A stretch of 64,000 nucleotides of DNA from a virus: IMG/VR virus record IMGVR_UViG_3300050027_000006. One strand, given 5' to 3'. Positions 1 to 8,694 of this stretch are shown here, piece after piece. Below the pieces are notes generated by a model that did no database searches, was not told the DNA's origin, and worked only from the letters and a program-made list of their open reading frames with translations. Position numbers and translations under genes: made by a program. Positions within the stretch are counted from its first letter, which is position 1. Every line of letters begins with the position of its first letter.

Positions 1-1070
1 GTGGCGGCAAGTACAAGATCGTCCAGAAGGGCACCGGCAAGACGCTCTCGGTTCATGACTCCAAGGAGCAGGCCGAGTCTGCCTTCCGTGCTATGGAGAC
101 TCACATGCACGGAGCTAGGGACACCTCCTACAACCGTGATGTCGAGTGTCACTACTGTGGTGAGAAGCTGACCAAGGGTCCCGGCGCCCACGGCTCGAAC
201 GGCTGGACCGACAAGGGCGGCTCGAAGAACTGCTCCGGTGGTCATGACCCGCACGTCCCGTGGCTCGATGAGGGTTCGCCCTCTCGCAGCGAGTCATCCC
301 GCAAGGTCGCCTTCCCCGGTGACGAGTGCTTCAGTTGCGGCTACCGTGGCGGCGAGGGTGGACACGACTGGGACTACTCGACAGGCGGAGCCAAGTGCCC
401 GTCGTGCGGTTCGTATGAAGTCCACGACGCATCTCTAGGCCACCCTAACCCCGACTACACGAAGGCCTCGAAGACCGCCACCCCGGCCAAGTTCTGCGGC
501 GCCTCGTGCAGGTCGAACTTCCATAGCGCTACGAGCGGTGGCCTGCTCGATCCCCACAGCGGACCTCAGAAGAACGCCAAGGGCAACTGCGGCTACTGTG
601 GCCGACCGATGCACCACAGCGCCTCTGTCACCGCTTCCGAGGGTCTGACCGATGACGACCTCCGTGAGTTGGCTGCCAAGGGCAACTGGATCAACTACTT
701 CTGCGACGAGTGCGGCAAGCAGCACGAGAAGAACAAGCACCACAAGCACCACGGTTCTGCCGACTACACCGGCTGGACTCCGCAGAATGGCTCGGATGCC
801 AACGGCTACGGCAAGGACGGCGTGTGGGTCGGCAAGGTCTTCGAGAACAACTACGGTGACGGCAAGGACTGGCTCGTCCACTTCAAGGACGGCGGCGCCA
901 TCGACACGCAGGCCTTCGCCACCGAGGACGAAGCCCTCAGCTTCGCTCAGAGTCACTTCGTGACCGCCTCGAAGAAGACGTACTGCCCCTGTGGAAGTTG
1001 CGGTAAGCCCTGCGAAGTAGTGGGTAAGATCGCATCTCGCTATGAGTGTGACGAATGCCGAGGACGCTAA
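1..1070 (+). CDS. Zn-ribbon-rich modular protein, 5' partial (function unknown)
   Basis: Frame 3 is open from the window edge (GGKYKIVQKGTGKTLSVHDSKEQAESAF precedes the first Met at 93), so the gene starts upstream of the window. At least six CxxC-type pairs. Two [AT]ASK[TK] linker motifs (KASKTATPAKF, TASKKTYCPCG). Stop TAA 1068-1070. Confidence 0.6.
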   Translation, partial: GGKYKIVQKGTGKTLSVHDSKEQAESAFRAMETHMHGARDTSYNRDVECHYCGEKLTKGPGAHGSNGWTDKGGSKNCSGGHDPHVPWLDEGSPSRSESSRKVAFPGDECFSCGYRGGEGGHDWDYSTGGAKCPSCGSYEVHDASLGHPNPDYTKASKTATPAKFCGASCRSNFHSATSGGLLDPHSGPQKNAKGNCGYCGRPMHHSASVTASEGLTDDDLRELAAKGNWINYFCDECGKQHEKNKHHKHHGSADYTGWTPQNGSDANGYGKDGVWVGKVFENNYGDGKDWLVHFKDGGAIDTQAFATEDEALSFAQSHFVTASKKTYCPCGSCGKPCEVVGKIASRYECDECRGR

Positions 1071-1073
1071 CAC

Positions 1074-2498
1074 ATGCCAACAGATCCCGCAGCAGCTACA
1101 GCAGCACCGACCGGTAACTCTGCACCTCAGGGTCAGACCGATACGAGTGCTGCGACGGCTCAGCCAGATGAACAGATGCTCAACTCTTCCGCCCCTTCGG
1201 GAGGCTCCGTGACCCCCGCCGCACCCGAGATGCCCACAACGTCATCCTACGCAGTAGCGTGCCTCGACTGCGGCCAGGACTACACCTTCGGTCGAGTGAC
1301 GGCCAACATGCGCTGCTTCTGCGGCTCGGACAACCTCACCTACGAGGCTGCTGAGGAGCAGACCGGAGCCGAAGGCTACGTCGCCATACATTACCCGAAG
1401 GGCCTCCTCGGTCTCGTCGGGCCGGAGGGTCAGGGCTACCACTACTCACTCGCTCGTCAGGACGAAGGCATCCTCTACACCGCAGGGTGGGCGCCCGACG
1501 AGGACTCCGCCAAGAAGATCGTGGAGACGCTCGCCCCGGCCTACGCCGGAGCTACTCGTACTGCCACCCTCCTCGGTACCTGGGTAGCCGCTGACTTCCC
1601 GCCCAAGAAGGACGACAAGGACAAGAAGAAGGACGACGACGACAAGGGCGGCAACGAGACGCACCCGCCGTCCGGTGACTCTGGCGGCGAAGAGGCTCCC
1701 GCAGCCCCCGCTGAGGCCCCCGGAGAGGCCCCTCAGGCTGCTCCTACGGCCCCCGGAGAGGTTCAGGTGGACCCTAACGCTCCTCCGGCCCCAGGAGCCG
1801 TACCGGGCGAGGTTGTAGATCCGCTCCTTCAGGTCATGGACACGGCACAGCAGCAGGTTGACGCCGCCGTCGATCAGGCCAACCAGCTTGGCCATGATGC
1901 CAAGGAAGTTGCCTACGACGTGGATCAGTTGTTCTCGAACTGGCGCTGCCAGAACTGCCAGATCGAGGGCGAGGCGAACATCTCGGATGACGGTCAGGTA
2001 GACCTTCAGGGTGACCTCTTCGACAACCAGCCGTGCGCAGCCCCCGCAGCCCCCGAGCAGGACCCCAACCAGCAGGTCCCGCAACAGAACCAGCAGAACC
2101 AGCTTCCGCAGGGCGCACCGGCCACCAACGACCAGATCCCCGCCACTCAGCAGAACCTCCCGAGCCAGACCGCCAGCCGCACGTGCAAGAAGTGCCACGG
2201 CAGCGGCAAGGTGCAGTCCGGTAACGACCGAGGCGAGAAGTGCCTCTCGTGCAACGGTCAGGGCCACACCTCGACCGGCGAGTCTCTCGACAAGAGGGCC
2301 AGCGACTTCGATGGTGACGACGCCGACCAGCGCAACGTGCTCGACCAGCAGGAGGGGACCAACCCCAACCTGGCGAAGGAAGAGCGACTGACCGCTATGG
2401 TCGAGCAGATCCTCGATACGAACCCCGGCATGAATGCTCAAGCCGCCCGACGAGTGGCCGAGACTACCCTCGCCAAGTTCCCGTCGCTGGCCTCGTAA
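1074..2498 (+). CDS. Zn-ribbon / DnaJ-type CxxCxGxG protein with P/A/Q-rich low-complexity core
   Basis: ATG lies 4 nt after the upstream stop. Motifs: CLDCG..CFCG, CQNCQ, CKKCHGSGKV..CLSCNGQG. The GC-rich low-complexity core explains the shadow ORFs on both strands. Confidence 0.7.
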   Translation: MPTDPAAATAAPTGNSAPQGQTDTSAATAQPDEQMLNSSAPSGGSVTPAAPEMPTTSSYAVACLDCGQDYTFGRVTANMRCFCGSDNLTYEAAEEQTGAEGYVAIHYPKGLLGLVGPEGQGYHYSLARQDEGILYTAGWAPDEDSAKKIVETLAPAYAGATRTATLLGTWVAADFPPKKDDKDKKKDDDDKGGNETHPPSGDSGGEEAPAAPAEAPGEAPQAAPTAPGEVQVDPNAPPAPGAVPGEVVDPLLQVMDTAQQQVDAAVDQANQLGHDAKEVAYDVDQLFSNWRCQNCQIEGEANISDDGQVDLQGDLFDNQPCAAPAAPEQDPNQQVPQQNQQNQLPQGAPATNDQIPATQQNLPSQTASRTCKKCHGSGKVQSGNDRGEKCLSCNGQGHTSTGESLDKRASDFDGDDADQRNVLDQQEGTNPNLAKEERLTAMVEQILDTNPGMNAQAARRVAETTLAKFPSLAS

Positions 2499-2974
2499 TG
2501 AGTTCCCGAATCCCCGAGGGAGAGCAGGTAGCATACGTCGGGGAACCGGGCGGCAGCGGCATCAACATCGATGACCGAGGCCGAGTAATCCAAGCTGCTG
2601 GCGATGGCAGCCATGTCCAGTGGTCCACAGGACCAGCTAAGGGACAGATAACACTAGAGGCTAACAACGATCTCGTCAGCATTCGCTCCCGTGGGGGCAA
2701 TGATGATACACTTGACGGGCCGCTCGTCACGATCGCCGTGCGAGATGTCTTCGACCGTGAAGGGACGACTGGCCTCCTGAACGCCCTGAACCATGACGGT
2801 CACCTAGCGTTCTTCGAACCGTTGGCCGTCGAGGCAGTAGAGATGATCCGAGACAACATCCGCACAGATGCAAGCTTCCGACCAATCCTGGCGCAGCTAA
2901 GCGCCGTCGAAGCTCAAGAACTCGTCGCTCTCGCCACTTCGACCCTACTGCGTGACGCTTTCGGAAGAAGCTAG
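2498..2974 (+). CDS. hypothetical protein
   Basis: TAATG stop/start overlap with the upstream gene; 158 codons; no motif recognised. Confidence 0.65.
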   Translation: MSSRIPEGEQVAYVGEPGGSGINIDDRGRVIQAAGDGSHVQWSTGPAKGQITLEANNDLVSIRSRGGNDDTLDGPLVTIAVRDVFDREGTTGLLNALNHDGHLAFFEPLAVEAVEMIRDNIRTDASFRPILAQLSAVEAQELVALATSTLLRDAFGRS

Positions 2975-2976
2975 AT

Positions 2977-3828
2977 ATGGCCAGGCAGTGCGATGGATGT
3001 GGACGCAAGATGACCCCGTTCGTTCCTCGCAAGAAGAACGGCTCTGGCGACATGCTCTGCGAGGGATGCAGCAATGGACGAGAGGGTAGGCCCTTGACTC
3101 GCTCAGCCGATGTTAACGACGAGTACGTCCAGTCTGTGAAGGACATGACGGATACTGAGTTCGATGAGTTCATGCGCTCCCTCAAGGGCTACGGCGTCGA
3201 GCAGGGTCGCATCGATAACATGTACGAGACCCGACGCACAAGTCAGTTGATCCGGGCGCAGGCCCATCAGACTCCCGACGCTTCTGGCTACCTCGTGAAG
3301 GTGGCCCATGGCAACATGGATGGCGTCACCGTCTTCCATTGCCCCTTCTGCGGTTCGGGTCAGGTCGTCAACTCCGGTACCGCCATCGAGTGCGGCTTCT
3401 GCCACAGCGCCTTCACGGTGCTCGTGCAGCCGCAGTTCCCGATGATGCCGCAGACGGTCGACGGTCAGCCCTACACACCGGGTCAAGCTCCTGGCGCTGC
3501 ACCCACCGACCCAGGACCCGCTCCTGGTGTCACGGAGACTCCCGAGGAAGAGGACGGCTCCTTCGGTGGCGATCAACTATCCGAGAAGCTCCCTGACGAC
3601 TCATCGGATGACGCTGCTGGTGGAGACGACAGCGGCAACCCGTTCGCCAAGAAGGACGATAGCGACAAGCCCCCGGCTCCGAAGGAGTCAGCGGTCCATG
3701 CTGCATACATCACTGAGGAGGGTATAGTGCTAACCGAGAGTGCCTACATGGCCCATCTTGCCATCAAGTTCAGCCCCCGCAGGACCGAGACTCTCGCTGA
3801 GGTCAAGCAGCTTCACGGACGGGCATAG
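2977..3828 (+). CDS. Zn-ribbon protein with acidic Pro-rich tail
   Basis: Two ribbons (CDGCG..CEGC and CPFCG..CGFC). Sits directly upstream of the portal gene. Confidence 0.7.
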   Translation: MARQCDGCGRKMTPFVPRKKNGSGDMLCEGCSNGREGRPLTRSADVNDEYVQSVKDMTDTEFDEFMRSLKGYGVEQGRIDNMYETRRTSQLIRAQAHQTPDASGYLVKVAHGNMDGVTVFHCPFCGSGQVVNSGTAIECGFCHSAFTVLVQPQFPMMPQTVDGQPYTPGQAPGAAPTDPGPAPGVTETPEEEDGSFGGDQLSEKLPDDSSDDAAGGDDSGNPFAKKDDSDKPPAPKESAVHAAYITEEGIVLTESAYMAHLAIKFSPRRTETLAEVKQLHGRA

Positions 3829-3831
3829 CCG

Positions 3832-6765
3832 ATGCCGGAACTGTGGACGCCCTCAGGCTCCCGCCAGGTGCAGGCCGACGCCGATGTCTTCGGCGCCCTC
3901 GCTGACGCCACCGGACATCAGGACTACCACGCCCTAGCGAAGACTGCTCTCGCCAAGGGCAAGCAGGGCGCTGTCGATACGTCGGATGTCGTCGCTGAGA
4001 TGCGAGCCAACCGCCGCATCACCAAGAACGCCTCTGGTGGCGTCAACAGCGGACAGGGCATGGGTGGAGTAGGCCAGTTCTCGTTCGCTACCGCACGCCC
4101 TCGTGACCCGCTCTTCTACTGGCGCCAGAACAACCTCCCCTACGACGTAGCGAAGGACGAGGAGCTAGAGAAGATCCGTGCGTTCTGCAATACACCAGAT
4201 GCCCCGGTGTGGATGGCTGATTACTCGTTCAAGCCGATGGGTCAGATTGTTGAAGGGGATGAGGTCATCGGCTGGGAGTATCGCACGGGACCACAGGGCG
4301 AGGTACGTAAGGTACTTGTCCGCACCCCCGTTCTAGCTATTCAACGTCGGATCGCCCCCGAGATTGTCAAGGTGACCTTCGAGTCTGGTGAGGTTATCCA
4401 TTGCACACCGGACCACCTATGGGCCAATCCACATTACTCCCCTAACCAAACTACCGGCTGGAAGCAGCCGGAATATCGGACGGCTGAGGTTGGACGAGAA
4501 CTTGTTCGGATGGTTACCCCCACTCCCGAGTTGAGTTCCGAAAAGGAGTTGATAGTGGCCGCATGGCTGGGGGGCGTTTATGACGGTGAGGGATGTGGAG
4601 AAGGGATTGCTCAAAGCCAGAGTCATAATCCTGGGGTATGTCAACGGATCGCTGACTCACTGGACTTCCTGGGGATTCCATATACGCAGACTCCCGAGTC
4701 ATTTTGGTTGCGGGTGCCTGGTCGTCGTCAAGGGGCCGCACAAGACCTAGTGGACTTCTTGAACTGGACCAATCCGACAAGGCGGGTGACTGCGGCGATT
4801 GACAAGAGGTTGCTGGCTACACCGAATGGTGGACGAGAGAAGATCGTCAGTATCGAATCAGAAGGCTCCGGCGAAGTAGTTTCGATACAGACGGGAACTG
4901 GTAACTACACCGCTTGGGGTATTGCTTCCAAGAACTGCCGTCTGCTCTACATCACACACCCCGTCATCGCCTCGGCCATCGACATCTTCTCGAAGTACCC
5001 GCTCATCGGGATGGAGATGACCGGCAAGGACGACGAACTCAACGACTTCTACGGCGACCTCTTCTTCGACCAGCTTGACTACGAGGAGTTCCTACTCGAC
5101 GTGGGTCGAGAGTATTGGACCGTGGGCGAGGCATGGCCGCTCGGCACCTTCAACGACACGCTCGGCGTGTGGGAGTCCGACGAACTCATCAACCCGGACG
5201 ACGTTGAGGTCATTCGCTCACCGTTCCTCAAGGAGCCTCGCTTCAAGATGAAGCTCCCCGAGACGATCCGCAAGATCATCTTGGAGCGTGAGCCGAAGTG
5301 GGAGTACGAAGCCCTCATGAGGGTGTACCCCGAGCTTGCTCACTTCAGCCGTGAGGAGTCGAAGATGGATGTCTCCGGCGTCCTCCTCAAGCAGTTGAAG
5401 TTCAAGGCCGACAGCTTCCACCCCCGAGGCATCCCGATCCTGATGCGTGGCTTCCGTGCCGTCATTCAGGAAGAGATGCTCAACGCCGCCCAGGATGCCA
5501 TCGCTGAGCGCCTCTACACCCCGATGATCGTGGCCAAGCTCGGTGCCTCCGCATCCGACCTCGGTACCACGCAGCCGTGGGTCCCGAACCAGGGCGACCT
5601 CGAAGCGTTCGAGGCATCGCTCGACGCCGCCCTCGCTGGCGACTTCCGAGTCCTGATCCACCACTTCGCCCTCGACATCTCGCAGGTGTTCGGCAAGGAG
5701 GCCATGCCGGACTTCAGCCCGGACTTCGACCGCCTCACCGACCGTCAGCTTCAGGTGTTCGGTCTGTCCCGCACGATGCTCAACGGCGCTGGCTCCGGTG
5801 AGACCTACGCCGCCGACGCCCTCAACCGAGACATCGTGACGCAGTTGCTCTCGACCTACCAGCGTAAGATCCAGCGCTTCTGGAAGAGCCGGGCCATGGT
5901 CGTGGCCGAGGCCCAGGAGCACTACGACTACGAAGAGCGCAACGGCATCAAGTACCCGATCATGGAAGAGATCCTCGAAGTCAACGAGGAGACCGGCGAA
6001 GAGCGCATCGTGGAGCGACCGAAGCTCCTCATCCCCGACCTAACCTTCAAGACCATGAGTCTGGCCGACGAGGACAGCAACCAGCAGTTCATGGAAACCC
6101 TCCGTGCCTCTGGTGTGCCGATCTCGATGAAGACCCGACTGGTCAACGTCGACATCGATCTGGACGAGGAAGTCGAGAAGGTCAAGGAAGAGCAGATCGA
6201 GCTTGCTGTCGCCGCACAGGAGACCCGCAAGGAGACCTACCTTGCCCTCCTCGCCGCTGGTCTGCCGATCCCCGACGACCTCAAGGAAGACTTCCAGCCG
6301 GTCGCTCAGACTCAGGGTCCCGTCGATGCTGCCGGTCAGCCGGAAGGTCCGCAGGTGCTCCCGGCCCTCGGACTGGACGAGCCTGCCCCGACCGACGCTC
6401 TGGCCCCGACCGACGAGGACATCGCCGCAGCCGAGGACGCAGAGGCCGATGAGGGTGAGGACCCCAACTCCTTCGGTGGTGACTCCCTCTCGGGCAAGAT
6501 GCCTCCGGGTGATGACGATCAGACTGATGACGCTAGCGGCAGCACTATCCCTCTTCCCCGCAACCAGCACGCTTCTCGACCGCCCGAGAGCGACGAGCAG
6601 CGAGGCAAGATGCCCAAGGGTTCTAGCCTCTCGACGGGTCCTCGCCACGTCGGCGCCCGCAAGTTCCGCACCCTCGACCGAACTCAACCCCTGGCAGATC
6701 AGCTACGTGCGCCTGTCTGGCCCCATGAAAATGCAACTAAGGAACGTAATGAGACGACAGACTAG
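3832..6765 (+). CDS. portal protein interrupted by an intein
   Basis: 977-codon ORF. Removing codons 119-368 joins ...EKIRAF|CRLLYITHPVIASAIDIFSKYPL.... The 727-aa extein, the acidic C-terminal tail and the lack of a Walker A fit a portal rather than a terminase. Assignment is by resemblance from memory, not by search. Confidence 0.65.
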   Translation: MPELWTPSGSRQVQADADVFGALADATGHQDYHALAKTALAKGKQGAVDTSDVVAEMRANRRITKNASGGVNSGQGMGGVGQFSFATARPRDPLFYWRQNNLPYDVAKDEELEKIRAFCNTPDAPVWMADYSFKPMGQIVEGDEVIGWEYRTGPQGEVRKVLVRTPVLAIQRRIAPEIVKVTFESGEVIHCTPDHLWANPHYSPNQTTGWKQPEYRTAEVGRELVRMVTPTPELSSEKELIVAAWLGGVYDGEGCGEGIAQSQSHNPGVCQRIADSLDFLGIPYTQTPESFWLRVPGRRQGAAQDLVDFLNWTNPTRRVTAAIDKRLLATPNGGREKIVSIESEGSGEVVSIQTGTGNYTAWGIASKNCRLLYITHPVIASAIDIFSKYPLIGMEMTGKDDELNDFYGDLFFDQLDYEEFLLDVGREYWTVGEAWPLGTFNDTLGVWESDELINPDDVEVIRSPFLKEPRFKMKLPETIRKIILEREPKWEYEALMRVYPELAHFSREESKMDVSGVLLKQLKFKADSFHPRGIPILMRGFRAVIQEEMLNAAQDAIAERLYTPMIVAKLGASASDLGTTQPWVPNQGDLEAFEASLDAALAGDFRVLIHHFALDISQVFGKEAMPDFSPDFDRLTDRQLQVFGLSRTMLNGAGSGETYAADALNRDIVTQLLSTYQRKIQRFWKSRAMVVAEAQEHYDYEERNGIKYPIMEEILEVNEETGEERIVERPKLLIPDLTFKTMSLADEDSNQQFMETLRASGVPISMKTRLVNVDIDLDEEVEKVKEEQIELAVAAQETRKETYLALLAAGLPIPDDLKEDFQPVAQTQGPVDAAGQPEGPQVLPALGLDEPAPTDALAPTDEDIAAAEDAEADEGEDPNSFGGDSLSGKMPPGDDDQTDDASGSTIPLPRNQHASRPPESDEQRGKMPKGSSLSTGPRHVGARKFRTLDRTQPLADQLRAPVWPHENATKERNETTD
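4186..4935 (+). mobile_element. intein (250 codons) with one LAGLIDADG-like motif
   Basis: Starts with Cys (CNTPDAPVWM, block A-like). Contains TPDH (block B-like) and AAWLGGVYDGEGCG (LAGLIDADG-like). Ends ...GNYTAWGIASKN followed by Cys +1. Visibly lower GC than the flanks. Confidence 0.75.
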
Positions 6766-8689
6766 CTACCGACGCCTTGATGCAGAGCTTCCCGCCTTCG
6801 GGACCCTCGCTACCACCCGTAGCGGTGAGGTGGGCGAGGTCATCGCTCATGAGGACGGACAGGCCCGCCTTCAGTTCGCCGGACACGTCCAAGGTCTCTA
6901 CGCCCCGGACGAGATCACCTGGCAGCACGTTGGCGCACAGACCGAGGGCAAGTGGCAGACCGAGGGGTCCGAGCTTCACCTCGCTGACCGTGACTACCCT
7001 GAGCTAGCCGACATCCTCACCAAGCCCGCTCCCGCCATCGTGCAGGAGGGCAACGAGTGGGGCCGCACCGCCTCGAAGACAGCCAAGTATAGCTGTGACA
7101 ACCCGAACTGCAAGGACACGGGACCGCTGAACCCTGAGCCGGGTGGTGGCAACACGATCGGACGTTGCCCCTCGTGCAACTCTCGGTGCTGGGCCGGATC
7201 TGCTAGCAGCGGTCAGCGCCCCATCAAGACAGCCAAGACCGCAGCCTCGCACTACCACTGTGGCAAGTGCCAGGAGACGCTGACCCGAGGCTCGAAGGAG
7301 CAGTTCGACAGCCCGACGTGCCCGAAGGGTGGCAAGCACACCTGGGAGGAAGGTGTCGGCGTCGACCCCAACCAGGGCAGCTTCAGTCTAGCCGCCTCGA
7401 AGACCGCCTCCGATGAGGTCGACGTGTTCGGCTACCCCTTCTCACGTGAGCAGGCTCAGAAGCTCCACGACTACCTCGACGGTCTCCCGAAGAACAAGAT
7501 CGACTTCCGTCCGATGGACGACCTACTCAACGAGTCGAGTGCGTACACCGCTGACGGCTGGGGCATCAGCGACTACAACGATGACTGGAACGACGCTACC
7601 CGCTCACGTGGTGGTGGCTCCGGCTCCGCCTTCAAGGAAGAGTTGGCCCGTCAGCTAGCCGGGAAGACAGCCGCTCGTGCGCAGTCCCCGAAGCATGAGC
7701 AGTATCGAGCCTTCGACGGCTGCTACGCCGAAGAGGGCCAGGAGTCTGCTACCTGCCCGCATCACCAGAAGTACCGTGCGTTCTCCGGCGACTACTACAC
7801 GCCTCCCAAGACTTCGAGCAAGACGGCTACTCGACACCTCACGCTAACTGGACCCCATGCCGGACAACCGATCTGTGGCGCCCCTATGGATTCCGCCGAT
7901 CAGAATGTCCATGCCGCTTACGCTCCCGAAGCCATGTTGTCGGACCCCGCCACGTGTGCTGCATGTCGTGCTGCATGGATCGGTGAAGATGATCCCACGA
8001 AGGCTCCCGACACCAATCAGGGCCAGCTATTCGCATCCCGCAAGCTGGCATGGGAGATCGAGGATGTCCGCTCTTCTGTCGACCAGGGCTGGTATGGACA
8101 GTCGGGTGTCGATGGTACTAAGATCGACCAGTTCTCGGCCAGCGCCCTGACTCAGGTCTACGACGCCCTCAGCCCGGAGAACCAGGCGAAGCTCAGCGCC
8201 ATGCCGATTGAGCGTGCAGTCGATGTAGCCTTCAAGCTCATCAAGAAGCATCAGGGTTCGGTCACGGCTGGCGACAGCGACCGAGTTCGAGGAACGAACA
8301 ACGACTCATTTTGGGAGTCGGTTGGCTACGGTCAGACTGATGCCGAGCGAGAGCGTAATGGTATCGGCGTGTCGGAACACACTGACGATATCTGCCCCGG
8401 CTCCGGCAAGGTCCAGAACAGCGGTGGACGTTGCACGGTCTGCGGCAAGCCGGTAGGCGGCTGGGAGACTAAGGACGGCATGGTCCGCAAGTGGCACAGC
8501 GCCTCAAAGACGGCTGACGGCCCCGGCTCCACCGAGACGGTCTACGATCCTTTCAACGCCTTCACGCCGAAGGCTGGCGAGTGCCCGTCGTGCTTCGGTG
8601 AGGGCGCCTTCAGCGAACTCAACCCTGACGGCAAGGGCTTCGGGGAAGAGAAGACCTGCCCCGACTGCGGTGGAACTGGTAAGGCATAG
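6749..8689 (+). CDS. multi-Zn-ribbon modular protein (putative internal virion/ejected protein)
   Basis: Start set at ATG 6749 (AAGGA 5 nt upstream, overlaps the portal stop). The ORF-track start at 6203 would overlap the portal gene for 180 codons. Six [AS]SKTA-like linkers separate Cys-rich modules. C-terminal DnaJ-type CPSCFGEG..CPDCGGTG. Confidence 0.7.
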   Translation: MRRQTSYRRLDAELPAFGTLATTRSGEVGEVIAHEDGQARLQFAGHVQGLYAPDEITWQHVGAQTEGKWQTEGSELHLADRDYPELADILTKPAPAIVQEGNEWGRTASKTAKYSCDNPNCKDTGPLNPEPGGGNTIGRCPSCNSRCWAGSASSGQRPIKTAKTAASHYHCGKCQETLTRGSKEQFDSPTCPKGGKHTWEEGVGVDPNQGSFSLAASKTASDEVDVFGYPFSREQAQKLHDYLDGLPKNKIDFRPMDDLLNESSAYTADGWGISDYNDDWNDATRSRGGGSGSAFKEELARQLAGKTAARAQSPKHEQYRAFDGCYAEEGQESATCPHHQKYRAFSGDYYTPPKTSSKTATRHLTLTGPHAGQPICGAPMDSADQNVHAAYAPEAMLSDPATCAACRAAWIGEDDPTKAPDTNQGQLFASRKLAWEIEDVRSSVDQGWYGQSGVDGTKIDQFSASALTQVYDALSPENQAKLSAMPIERAVDVAFKLIKKHQGSVTAGDSDRVRGTNNDSFWESVGYGQTDAERERNGIGVSEHTDDICPGSGKVQNSGGRCTVCGKPVGGWETKDGMVRKWHSASKTADGPGSTETVYDPFNAFTPKAGECPSCFGEGAFSELNPDGKGFGEEKTCPDCGGTGKA

Positions 8690-8694
8690 CCCCG

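Noticed and set aside
435-2534. Long minus-strand ORFs (435-1073, 1446-2534). Similar ones elsewhere include 5218-5922, 6040-6687, 11098-11976, 13743-14504, 14438-14980, 48337-48861, 58403-59083 and 63160-63792.
   Set aside because: They lie antisense to + strand genes with clear motifs. Their Arg/Gly/Val/Leu-rich composition is typical of GC-driven shadow frames. They have no RBS or coupling signals.
6203-6748. N-terminal 182 codons of the 828-codon track ORF 6203-8689.
   Set aside because: The whole stretch overlaps the portal ORF in another frame and has Pro/Arg/Ser/Thr-rich out-of-frame composition. A good RBS and ATG at 6749 overlap the portal stop.
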